Positions 8,602 through 17,002 of a stretch of DNA of 64,000 bases are shown here, in pieces. The notes under the pieces are model-generated. The model was not told the DNA's origin. It ran no database searches and saw only the letters and a program-made list of their open reading frames with translations. The DNA lies in IMG/VR virus record IMGVR_UViG_2654587547_000001, positions 1 through 64,000 of that record; one strand, 5' to 3'. How positions within the stretch are numbered: position 1 is the first letter of the stretch; each line of letters begins with the position of its first letter. The position numbers and the translations under genes were made by a program. Origin of the DNA: a virus (Duplodnaviria; Caudoviricetes).

Positions 8602-8930
8602 GCGGGGCTCCAGGAGGGCCAATACCCCCGGACGTATTCCAGGGCCGTGTCTTTCGAAAGTCGTTCGATTGCTTTCGCCATCTGGTAGCGGCATCCAGGC
8701 CCAAAGATGCCCGAGGCTGCCAACTCAAGAATCTTCTCGGGCCGATCTGCATCACCGACGATGAACGCCAGCATCTGCGCGTCCGGATCGGGAAATTCCT
8801 GCTCGAACGCTTCGGTGACCGCCGTGTGGTGTGCCAACAGATCCGCCTCGATTGCCCGGGCGACCTCTGCGCGCTTTGCCGCGTAAATCTGATCAGGCGG
8901 GTCGAAGGTGAATCTGGGTCGGTTGCCCAT
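8598..8930 (-). CDS. Hypothetical protein
   Basis: GGAG RBS and ATGA coupling. Confidence 0.7.
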   Translation of the reverse strand: MGNRPRFTFDPPDQIYAAKRAEVARAIEADLLAHHTAVTEAFEQEFPDPDAQMLAFIVGDADRPEKILELAASGIFGPGCRYQMAKAIERLSKDTALEYVRGYWPSWSPA

Positions 8931-9147
8931 GGTCAGTCTCCGTGTGAAAAGTGCAGCCCTCCGGCCATCCAGTCACGGCGCATCACCGTTCACGCTCCCG
9001 GGCCCGGGATTGCTGTAGGCGACTTGCTTGAACTGGTGCGGGAGGTCTGCGTAAGCTGGCTCAGGTCGGCGCACCCCCAGCCTCGGGGGAGGCTGACGTA
9101 GGCAGTGGGGGGATTGGGATGCGCCGGCCTGAGCAGCCGGAAAGAAC

Positions 9148-9165
9148 GCCCCGGCAAGCCGGGGC
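9148..9165 (-). terminator. GC hairpin after the DUF1566 gene (terminator and/or DGR-type hairpin)
   Basis: GCCCCGG-CTTG-CCGGGGC followed by GTTCTTT. Confidence 0.6.
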
Positions 9166-9180
9166 AAAGGGATCAATTGA

Positions 9181-9633
9181 TCAAGCGATGATGCTGCGGA
9201 CGGGACGAACCCGGAACTCGTTGGTGCGGCGCCAGTCGTCGACGTTGCCGTCCTCGAAATCCACCGCCCAGGCGGTGTAGGAGCCGTAGGGCGTCGAGGT
9301 CCACACATAGCCGGCGTCTTCGTTGAATCCTTCCACTGCCACGATCTGCAAGAGTTCGCGATGGGACGGCAGGTAGAAATCCTTGTGGCCGTCAGCCGAG
9401 TATTCGGATGCAGCCAGAGCGGCGCTGTGCTGGCTGCGTTCCAGCAACTTGCGAGTGTTCTCGGCGCCGTCGATGTCGGAATAGCCTTCCAGGCCATCCC
9501 CGTAGCCGCCGAATTCGAAATCGCCATCCAGCAGGGAAGCGGCGGCGAACAGGTGGCGGCCTTGCGCCGTCTGGCCAATGTAAATTCCGCCTTGACCTTC
9601 GGCGTACTGGCCAACCACGAATGCTTTGCTCAT
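9181..9633 (-). CDS. DUF1566 (Lcl C-terminal, C-type-lectin fold) protein
   Basis: GHKDFYLPSHREL...YVWTST...AWAVDFEDG...FRVRPVR; AGGAG RBS. Confidence 0.88.
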   Translation of the reverse strand: MSKAFVVGQYAEGQGGIYIGQTAQGRHLFAAASLLDGDFEFGGYGDGLEGYSDIDGAENTRKLLERSQHSAALAASEYSADGHKDFYLPSHRELLQIVAVEGFNEDAGYVWTSTPYGSYTAWAVDFEDGNVDDWRRTNEFRVRPVRSIIA

Positions 9634-9910
9634 TGAGTTTTCTCCTAGTCCATGAAAAGCCCAGCACTCGGTGAATGGGGCTTCAGATGAAATCTGGTGC
9701 AGCGCACCGCCTGGCGACTCCCGCTCATCGCGGCTCCAAGTGGTGCGCTGCCTCTTCAACCAGGTCATTGCCCGAGCCGCTCACGCGGTTGCGGTGATCC
9801 TGGTAGCTCCCGTCAGCCTTTCGGCTATCACTCTTCATTCAGGGGGTGGGAGGTTGAGCCCTGGGCCTATCCGCGCTTGTGCGCCATCGACCTGTTTATC
9901 TCTTGCGGTT

Positions 9911-9922
9911 TGTTAAAGAGCG
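9911..9922 (-). promoter_or_regulatory. boxA antitermination element in the pL leader
   Basis: CGCTCTTTAACA, a consensus boxA. Confidence 0.75.
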
Positions 9923-10042
9923 GTACTGCTGTCCTGCTTGTCCTGCTTCCCATGCCCACCCGACTTTGTGGCGGTAACGTCCTCTCGCTGGGATACGAGG
10001 CCGAGGGCTTGTTGCGGCGCCGTGTTTGCAGCGCATGGATGA

Positions 10043-10086
10043 ACAATAGCAATACTTTGCTAGTCGCGTCAAGCAAAACTTTGCTA
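10043..10086 (-). promoter_or_regulatory. pL/oL of prophage 1
   Basis: TTGACG-18-TATTGT overlapped by TAGCAA-N4-TTGCTA-type palindromes at 10047-10062 and 10071-10086. Confidence 0.8.
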
Positions 10087-10141
10087 GGCGGAAATGCGCC
10101 GATAGTTCCCGAGTACGATCAGGGCTTAAAAGGAGAGTGCA

Positions 10142-10498
10142 ATGGGAAGGTCGGCGATGATGTGCGGGGCATACGGGCTAATGCTCATGAACGCATGGCC
10201 CGCGCTCGTTTATGCGTCGGGCATTACGGCGGCACAAAATCGGCAGTGCATCGGACTGGCGTCGGCGCATCAAGTTGCCGCCGGATCCAGGAATGTGGGG
10301 CTGTATCCGGATCAGACGCTTGCGCAATTGAAAGCTGACAAGTCCTTCACGTTCTCTGACGCTGAGTTGAAGGCTGTCGTCAACAACGTCTATTTCGGTG
10401 GCGTCAGTGTGATCGCGCCGCCCATGGGCGTGTACAAGGCGGTCTACGACTCCTGTGTGCGCGGTGGCCCGGATCCACGCTGGAAGCCGCTGCAATAA
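10142..10498 (+). CDS. Probable exported accessory protein in the immunity region
   Basis: AAGGAG RBS, hydrophobic N-terminus, converges on a terminator. Confidence 0.7.
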   Translation: MGRSAMMCGAYGLMLMNAWPALVYASGITAAQNRQCIGLASAHQVAAGSRNVGLYPDQTLAQLKADKSFTFSDAELKAVVNNVYFGGVSVIAPPMGVYKAVYDSCVRGGPDPRWKPLQ

Positions 10499-10519
10499 AA
10501 AAGCCACCCGGAGGTGGCT
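10497..10519 (-). terminator. Intrinsic terminator
   Basis: AGCCACC-loop-GGTGGCT with a T6 tail on the minus strand. Confidence 0.8.
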
Positions 10520-10524
10520 CGGTG

Positions 10525-11520
10525 TTAGGCATTGGGTTTCACTTCGGGGTCTTTCGGAAGAGCCAAAATAAAGGCCTCTCGAATTCCGTCGCTGGCGCGT
10601 TTAATTCGGACCGTCATGTAGAGCTTAGTGCCGTGTTTCGGGGCCAGAAAAACGGCATTCGAGTCTTCGTCTGCGATAGGCCGCTCTACGTCTTTCAGGT
10701 TCATGTACGCCATGAACTCTTCACCGCTGCCAGCGAGTCCAACCCGTACGACTCCATCGGCAGTCGGCTCGGTAGTGCTAGTGACTCGGAAGTAGCCGGT
10801 CATGATAAAGACGTCAGAGACTTCCCGCGCCGCGCGCTGATTAACTTCGGCGATTTCGTGTTTGTCCAAGCTTTCTTTGCCGATGGAAACTGACTCAGCG
10901 TCAGGCACACTCTTCGCAATCGATCTTGCGCTTTGTTCTCCGGCCTCAACCCACCGTTCAATCACAGGGACCTGATGGGCCGCTTTGCGGACGACTTCCA
11001 ACTGCGCGGTCTGGGCCTGAGCCAACCTCACCGCCTTCTCCGCGTCTATATCGGCAAGCTTGACCAGTGTCAGGCCTATGCCTGCTGTCAGGACGAGCGT
11101 CGCTGAAACGTAGAGGATAAGTCTGTGCCTGCTTTCCATGGAATTTATGCCGTCTTTAAGATGCCCCAGAACATCTTTGATGTCTGCAATCAGTTTGGAG
11201 CAGCCGTCTTCGACATCGATGACGAGATTGTAGTCTTGCAGTTCCTCTTTGGTGAGCTTTTTGATGCTAGAAACGCCATGCAGGGTAAGGGCCACTGCGC
11301 GGTAAATCTCTTGCTGCATCTCCCAAAGGCCACGAGACAGAGTCCCTGTGATTGAAGAGTGATAATTCTCTCCTTCAATCTCGATGAGCATGGCGGCTAG
11401 ATCGCCTTCCAGCAGGATGTCATCTGGCAACTCTTGATCCGGCGTGTCCTTGTCGAGCAAGCGTTGGAGGAGTTCGATTGCTTCTTCGTGGGTATTAATA
11501 ACTGCAACTTCGCCGGCCAA
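10525..11520 (-). CDS. Uncharacterised ~331-aa protein with one central TM, downstream of cI
   Basis: Probable TTG start after GGAG; TM LILYVSATLVLTAGIGLTLV; lower GC. Confidence 0.75.
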   Translation of the reverse strand: MAGEVAVINTHEEAIELLQRLLDKDTPDQELPDDILLEGDLAAMLIEIEGENYHSSITGTLSRGLWEMQQEIYRAVALTLHGVSSIKKLTKEELQDYNLVIDVEDGCSKLIADIKDVLGHLKDGINSMESRHRLILYVSATLVLTAGIGLTLVKLADIDAEKAVRLAQAQTAQLEVVRKAAHQVPVIERWVEAGEQSARSIAKSVPDAESVSIGKESLDKHEIAEVNQRAAREVSDVFIMTGYFRVTSTTEPTADGVVRVGLAGSGEEFMAYMNLKDVERPIADEDSNAVFLAPKHGTKLYMTVRIKRASDGIREAFILALPKDPEVKPNA

Positions 11521-11712
11521 CTTCTTCTCCTGTCTATTGCGCTTGTTGCGCCAAAAAATTCCGATGAGGCTCCAGCCACCCGAGGCCCAGCCTTTTAGTC
11601 TCGGAAACCGTCTAAGTGGGTGTTGCATCCTCGCATCTGACGCCATCCGCTGGACGCGAAATGGTCACGACCAAACACAACTTCCTGTCGCATTAGTGCT
11701 CAAGTGGATTGC

Positions 11713-12033
11713 CTATCTGCCAAGCCGAGCGCCGGTGCCACCGCCAGCCGAACTGACGAGGTCCTTGACGGTCTTGTCCTTGTTGAACAGCACCGTCAAG
11801 TGTTGTTGCTCCTGGCTCATACCGAATGCCGCCGTGTAGAAGTAGAACCATTGGGCGGTGAGAAGCCCGTCTTGGTTGAACGCTTGACTCAAAGGAGAGC
11901 CAAAATCACGGACCATGTCGTTGTAGGTGGTGACACCCGGCTGGATGGCCTCCACCTTTGCTTGGTCTATCTTTGACCCTGAGCTGGCGCACCCAGTAAC
12001 AATAGCGGCGACAAACAGCAATGACATTCTCAT
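11713..12033 (-). CDS. Lipoprotein, SmpA/BamE-like
   Basis: Lipobox VTG-C; IQPGVTTYNDMVRDFGSP...WFY. Confidence 0.8.
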   Translation of the reverse strand: MRMSLLFVAAIVTGCASSGSKIDQAKVEAIQPGVTTYNDMVRDFGSPLSQAFNQDGLLTAQWFYFYTAAFGMSQEQQHLTVLFNKDKTVKDLVSSAGGGTGARLGR

Positions 12034-12096
12034 CTCGTTACCTCAAAAGTGGAGTGCCGCGACATGGCGGCTTAACTTAGATACCACTACCGTTCG

Positions 12097-13044
12097 TCAT
12101 GAACGCACCCACTGTCCGGCCTCATCATCCCGCAGCTTGGCACCAGCCCATACGACCTGTCCTAGCACTCGCACGGGGTGCCCATTCTCCAGCGGGATAT
12201 CAGCGTAGGCTGGGTTGAACGAGCGCGCGACCCAGCGCCCGGTGAGCTTGTCCTTGGCCACTGTCTTCACGATCATCTTGCCGTCATAGTTGATGGCATA
12301 GACGCCGCCGCCGGCCACGTCGCGCAGCGTCAGGTCTTCGTTCGGGACAACGAGCAGGGCGGCGCCATCCTTGATGACGGGTTCCATACTGTCACCTTTT
12401 GCATACACCACGCGAGCCTTTCCGGCGTCGGCGCCCACAGACCGTAGGAACGATCTACGGAACTGGATCACGCCGGTTTGAGTCTCGTCGTCGTTCTCGA
12501 TTCCATCGCCCGCCGCCAAGCGAACATCCGATAGTTCCGGAACCTTCTCGAACTTGTCGTTTGCGGCGTGCGGCTCGCCTGGTCCTACATTGGCCACCAC
12601 GCCTTCCTGCGTGCTGATCCGAAGCTTGGGCTCGCGCTCCGCTTGATGCGTCGTGCGTCCGCCTTCCCACGGAGCCGGCAACCCGGGGATCCGCATGGGG
12701 AAGGCGTCGTCAGCGTGATCCATGTCGACCAGGTCGCCCGGCTTGTGTGCTCGCAGGGGCGCGGCAGGCCTAAGCGGTGCCACGACTGGATGGGCGTCGT
12801 GAGGACGCAAAAGGTCCCACGGCTCAACCCCAAGGACTTCGGCCAGCGTCTCGACCTCCCCGAATTTCGCGGAAGGCACTTTCCCGCTCTTACTCGGCTG
12901 CCGCCTGCCTGGGTTCAGGTACAGGCTGATTGTGGTCTGACCGATCCCCGACAATTTCGCAAGCGACGCCTGCTTATGGCCGGCTTTCTCCATAAGTCGT
13001 GCGAGGTTTGTGGCGAGGATGTCGTTTAAGGATGGCTTGCTCAT
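12097..13044 (-). CDS. cI: CI repressor (HTH + long linker + S24 autopeptidase)
   Basis: HTH QASLAKLSGIGQTTIS; LAAGDG, GDSMEP, IVK. Confidence 0.93.
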   Translation of the reverse strand: MSKPSLNDILATNLARLMEKAGHKQASLAKLSGIGQTTISLYLNPGRRQPSKSGKVPSAKFGEVETLAEVLGVEPWDLLRPHDAHPVVAPLRPAAPLRAHKPGDLVDMDHADDAFPMRIPGLPAPWEGGRTTHQAEREPKLRISTQEGVVANVGPGEPHAANDKFEKVPELSDVRLAAGDGIENDDETQTGVIQFRRSFLRSVGADAGKARVVYAKGDSMEPVIKDGAALLVVPNEDLTLRDVAGGGVYAINYDGKMIVKTVAKDKLTGRWVARSFNPAYADIPLENGHPVRVLGQVVWAGAKLRDDEAGQWVRS

Positions 13045-13053
13045 GCGCGGAGT

Positions 13054-13110
13054 GTGCAATTTCTTGCTAGCAAAGTGTTGCTTGATCGAATAGCAAAACG
13101 TTGCTAATGT
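13054..13110. promoter_or_regulatory. oR operators and pR (probably leaderless cro)
   Basis: Three GCAA-N4-TTGC sites (13054, 13068, 13091); TTGATC-17-TAATGT ends 6 nt before ATG 13117. Confidence 0.8.
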
Positions 13111-13116
13111 GCGCTT

Positions 13117-13365
13117 ATGAACACACCACTCGACCAAGATATTCGGAGCCGGCTACTCGCCCGTCGGGGTGAATGGCCCGCCATCGCCGCCTCGTCCGGC
13201 GTCTCACATTCATGGATCTCCAAGTTTGTGCGGGGCCAGATACCGAACCCCGGCTACACGACGCTGACTCGTCTTGGCGCGTGCCTGGGTATCCGCGGCT
13301 TGCGCCGCGCCGTTGCTGCCGCCGATGCCGCAGCAGTGACCGCCGAAGAGGCGAGGGCGGCATGA
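13117..13365 (+). CDS. cro: Cro-like HTH protein
   Basis: IAASSGVSHSWISKFVRGQIPNPG; divergent from cI. Confidence 0.88.
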   Translation: MNTPLDQDIRSRLLARRGEWPAIAASSGVSHSWISKFVRGQIPNPGYTTLTRLGACLGIRGLRRAVAAADAAAVTAEEARAA

Positions 13366-13367
13366 CA

Positions 13368-13532
13368 TCAATGCACCGTCGCCGATTCGCGGCCGTCGGT
13401 CGCCCACGCCATGCGGTCACGCTCGGCGCACAGCTCCTTAAAGATTTCCAGCACCGCCGCTTCAGACGGGTCAATGAAGGTTCGTTTGGCCACGTCCGCG
13501 GCGTTCTTCAGCAGCTTTTCGGTTTCAGACAT
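13368..13532 (-). CDS. Conserved 54-aa antisense protein between cro and cII (not in ORF track)
   Basis: 42/54 identical to 56387-56551, with synonymous changes in this frame. Confidence 0.8.
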   Translation of the reverse strand: MSETEKLLKNAADVAKRTFIDPSEAAVLEIFKELCAERDRMAWATDGRESATVH

Positions 13533-13570
13533 GAATCCACTCTCGTTCTTTGTTCATAAGGAAGTACTTG

Positions 13571-13885
13571 ATGAGCACCCAAGCAGTTTCTCCCCACGAC
13601 GTTGAAAGCACACGAAAGATCGCTGCACGAATTCAGAGCGAGATTTTGCAGCGCCTTGCAGATGTGACGCAGGAGCGTGCAGCCGATTTCATGGGCACTT
13701 CGGCGAGCACCGTGAGCCGGGTGAAAGAGGATCTGGAAAAGGTCTGCCAGCTTCTGGCAGCCATTGATTTTCAGTTGGCGCCCAGCGACGCCGTCGTTGT
13801 CGACCAGCGCGAGCAGCAAGCGATTGAAAGCCTGGCTTTCAAGTACTTGCAGGCGCGGCAAGAGACCTGGAAAAGGAAGAGCTGA
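13571..13885 (+). CDS. CII-like regulator
   Basis: ILQRLADVTQERAADFMGTSASTVSR; position after cro. Confidence 0.8.
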   Translation: MSTQAVSPHDVESTRKIAARIQSEILQRLADVTQERAADFMGTSASTVSRVKEDLEKVCQLLAAIDFQLAPSDAVVVDQREQQAIESLAFKYLQARQETWKRKS

Positions 13886-14295
13886 TGGACAAGCAAGTGT
13901 TCGTCTTGTCGCACCCGTTGGCACGGCGCAACGCTGCATACGCTTGCTCCAACGCGCCGGAAGGCTACCGGGTGGAGATTAAGCCTCGCACTCGCACGCT
14001 GGCGCAGAACGACATGATGTGGTCGATCCTGACCGACATCAGCCGGCAGGTTGAATTCATCGTCAACGGCGCACTGGTCAAGGTTGAGCCCGAAGAAGTC
14101 AAAGACATCCTGACCGCTGGCCTGCGCCGCGAAACTCGGATGGCGATGGGCATTGACGGCGGCATGGTTCTTCTGGGGCAACGCACCAGCAAGATGAACG
14201 TGCGCCAGATGACGGAGCTCATCGAATTGGCCTACGCCTTTGGCAATGAGAAGGGCGTTGACTGGTCCCGTACCAGCCTTGGGAGAGATGCGTGA
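13885..14295 (+). CDS. ninB: NinB-family protein
   Basis: RTLAQNDMMWSILTDISRQV...RTSKMNVRQMTELIE. Confidence 0.88.
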   Translation: MDKQVFVLSHPLARRNAAYACSNAPEGYRVEIKPRTRTLAQNDMMWSILTDISRQVEFIVNGALVKVEPEEVKDILTAGLRRETRMAMGIDGGMVLLGQRTSKMNVRQMTELIELAYAFGNEKGVDWSRTSLGRDA

Positions 14296-14807
14296 TTCGC
14301 AACTCCACTCTTCAGCGCAAGACGCCCATGAAGCGCGCCAAGGCCGCCCGTAGCGAAGGGCTGGGCCGCAAGGTGGAGATCGTCATGGGCTTCTATCGCC
14401 CGCCAGGCCACAAGTTGCCTACCTTGCTCCGCAGTGAGCGGCACCGCCGCAACGTGGCTGCGCTGGGTTGCTTGGTGACCGGCAAGCCGGCGCAGGCGTG
14501 CCATGTGAACTTGGGGAAGGGCGGCGCACTGAAGGCGTGCGACAGCCTGTGCTTCCCGCTGAACCCTGAGCTTCATCGCCAGCATGACCAGGGCGGCATT
14601 CCGCGCGCTGAGCGCTGGAAGCGTGAGTGGGAATACGCGGATGCAACCCGCGCGGCGCTCATGCAGTTGGGAAAGTGGCCGGCAGAAGTGGAGATGCACT
14701 ACCAGCGCGCCGTGGAGCCGCTACGCCGCTTGGTGAAGGGTGACGACGAAATAGAAAAGGCCGCTGTGACGAGCGGCCCAGGTACTACCTTGATGGAGAA
14801 ATTCTAA
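14292..14807 (+). CDS. DUF968/HNH-like protein
   Basis: LGCLVTG...QACH...CFPL...HRQHD. Confidence 0.65.
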   Translation: MIRNSTLQRKTPMKRAKAARSEGLGRKVEIVMGFYRPPGHKLPTLLRSERHRRNVAALGCLVTGKPAQACHVNLGKGGALKACDSLCFPLNPELHRQHDQGGIPRAERWKREWEYADATRAALMQLGKWPAEVEMHYQRAVEPLRRLVKGDDEIEKAAVTSGPGTTLMEKF

Positions 14808-15610
14808 TGGCACGGATCAGAACGATCAAGCCTGATTTTTGGACGGACGAAAAGATCACTGAGTGCTCCATGAGTGCTCGCTTACTGTTCATTGGCATCT
14901 GGAATTTTGCCGATGACAACGGCAATCTTCAGCGCTCCGCTAAGAAGGTGAAGATGCAGGTGTTCCCTGCGGACTCGCTGGATTGCGAACCCTTGATTCA
15001 GGAATTGATGTCTCACGGAATGCTCATTGAGTACTCGGTGAACGGCGAATTCTTCATGCATATCAAGGGGTTCAAGAAGCACCAGGTGATCAACCGCCCG
15101 TCGAAATCCGGTATTCCTCAACCACCGCTCAACGATGAATCAATGAACACTCACGGAGTGCTCATTGACGGAAAGGAAGGGAAGGGAAGGGAAGAGGATA
15201 AAGACCCCCCTAACCCCCCTTCGCAGGGGGGTGAAGAGCCCGACGAGCCTTCGGCTGAAAAACCCAAGCGGGAACCCAAAGAGCGCTGCTCGCTGAAAAC
15301 CTTTCTCGAACGTTGCCGACAGGCCGGCGAGACGGCCATCAGCGGCTACGAGCCTCTGCGCAAGTACGTGGACGGTGTTGGCTTGCCGATGGAATTCGTG
15401 CAGCTTGCCTGGGACGTGTTCAAGGCTGAGCACTCGCCTGAAGGCGCCAACGAGCGCCGCTTGCAGGCTGACTGGCGCAAGCACTTCCTGAACTACGTGA
15501 CCAAGGGCTACTACCGGCTCTGGTACGCCGATGCAGCCAACGGCACGTACTCGCTGACGACCCAGGGTGTCCAAGCTCAGCGCCTGCACGCGCACAAGGA
15601 GGCAGCATGA
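14807..15610 (+). CDS. Phage replication initiator
   Basis: MARIRTIKPDFWTDEK...RLLFIGIWNFADDNG; upstream of the helicase; contains iteron-like repeats. Confidence 0.85.
   Translation: MARIRTIKPDFWTDEKITECSMSARLLFIGIWNFADDNGNLQRSAKKVKMQVFPADSLDCEPLIQELMSHGMLIEYSVNGEFFMHIKGFKKHQVINRPSKSGIPQPPLNDESMNTHGVLIDGKEGKGREEDKDPPNPPSQGGEEPDEPSAEKPKREPKERCSLKTFLERCRQAGETAISGYEPLRKYVDGVGLPMEFVQLAWDVFKAEHSPEGANERRLQADWRKHFLNYVTKGYYRLWYADAANGTYSLTTQGVQAQRLHAHKEAA
14856..15230. repeat. Putative origin iterons
   Basis: CTCACGGA(A/G)TGCTCATTGA at 15012 and 15150 (18/19), a degenerate copy at 14856, then a GGAAG purine run. Confidence 0.6.
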
Positions 15611-17001
15611 GCGCCGAAGCAGTGCGTGTACCTCCGCATTCCGTCGAAGCGGAGCAGGGCGTTCTGGGCGGCCTGTTGCAAGACAACCGCGCCTGGGATC
15701 GCCTCGGTGACCTACTGAACGCGGATGACTTCTACCGACACGATCATCGGCTGATCTTCGAAGCCACCGTGCGACTGCTGAACAGCAGCAAGCCGGCCGA
15801 CGTCCTGACCGTTCACGACGCGCTGCAAGTCCAGGGGCGTGATGAAGCGGCCGGCGGCCTGGCGTACCTGAACGCTATCGCCAGCAACGTGCCAAGCAGC
15901 GCCAACGTGCGCAGCTATGGCGAGATCGTCCGCGCCCATCGTGTCCGCCGCGACGTACTGATGCTGGGCGACGATATCGCGGAACTGGCTGCCAATGAGG
16001 CCGGCGACTCGTCAATGCTGATCGAACAGGCTACCGGCCTCGCCATGGCACTAGCCGACACGCGCCAAGCTGGGCGCGATCCGGTCGAGGTTGGCTTCCT
16101 GCTGCGCGAGGTTATCGAATCCCTGGAGGCGCGGGGAGAGCGCGCCGGCGGCATTTCTGGACTTGCCAGCGGGTTCACGGACTTGGATCAGAAGACGAGC
16201 GGCTTCCAGGATGGCGACCTGATCATCGTGGCCGGCCGCCCGTCTATGGGCAAGACGACGCTTGCGATCAACTTTGCGGAGAACGTCACGGAAGAAGAGG
16301 GCGTGGCACTGGTGATCAGCCTCGAAATGGCGGCGGCGCAGTTGGTGGAGCGGACGATTGCGCGGTACGGAGTGATCGACACCCAGCGTCTGCGCACGGG
16401 CCGCCTGGAGAACAACGACTGGCCGCGACTGACGCATGCCATCCAGAAGCTGGAAAGCCAGCGCCTGATCATTGCGGACGATCCGGGACTGGCCAACGTC
16501 GCCCGAGTCCGGCTCGCCGCCCGCAAGGTCAAGCAGCGCCAGGGGCGCCTGGATCTGATCGTCATCGACTACCTGCAGCTTATGCAGGGCGAGGGGAACA
16601 GCCGGAACGAGGACCTGGGCGGCATCACGCGCGCGCTGAAGCTGATGGCGAGGGAACTCGGATGCCCGGTGATCCTGCTGTCCCAACTGTCCCGCAAGGT
16701 CGAAGAGCGCCCAAATAAACGCCCGCTGATGAGCGACCTGCGCGAATCCGGCGCCATCGAGCAGGACGCCGACGTGATCCTGATGGTGTACCGGGACGAG
16801 TACTACAACGAAGACAGCCCATTCAAGGGCCTGGCCGAGATCCTTATCCGCAAGCAGCGCATGGGCCCGCTGGGGGAAGTCTTCCTGACGTTCCAGGGGC
16901 AGCACTCCCGCTTCCTGGACGCCGACATTCAAGCCGTGACCGAAGCACGCAACGCCGTGCAGTTCAAACCCAAACCGAAGTACAGCCAACTGAGGGACTG
17001 A
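15607..17001 (+). CDS. dnaB: Replicative DNA helicase
   Basis: PPHSVEAEQ; GRPSMGKT; IDYLQL; SDLRESGAIEQDAD. Confidence 0.97.
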   Translation: MSAEAVRVPPHSVEAEQGVLGGLLQDNRAWDRLGDLLNADDFYRHDHRLIFEATVRLLNSSKPADVLTVHDALQVQGRDEAAGGLAYLNAIASNVPSSANVRSYGEIVRAHRVRRDVLMLGDDIAELAANEAGDSSMLIEQATGLAMALADTRQAGRDPVEVGFLLREVIESLEARGERAGGISGLASGFTDLDQKTSGFQDGDLIIVAGRPSMGKTTLAINFAENVTEEEGVALVISLEMAAAQLVERTIARYGVIDTQRLRTGRLENNDWPRLTHAIQKLESQRLIIADDPGLANVARVRLAARKVKQRQGRLDLIVIDYLQLMQGEGNSRNEDLGGITRALKLMARELGCPVILLSQLSRKVEERPNKRPLMSDLRESGAIEQDADVILMVYRDEYYNEDSPFKGLAEILIRKQRMGPLGEVFLTFQGQHSRFLDADIQAVTEARNAVQFKPKPKYSQLRD

Positions 17002-17002
17002 G

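Noticed and set aside
13362-13559. Plus-strand ORF after cro (MTSMHRRR..., also at 56378-56653)
   Set aside because: Differences between the two phages are synonymous or conservative in the minus frame and not in this one, and the ORF lengths differ.
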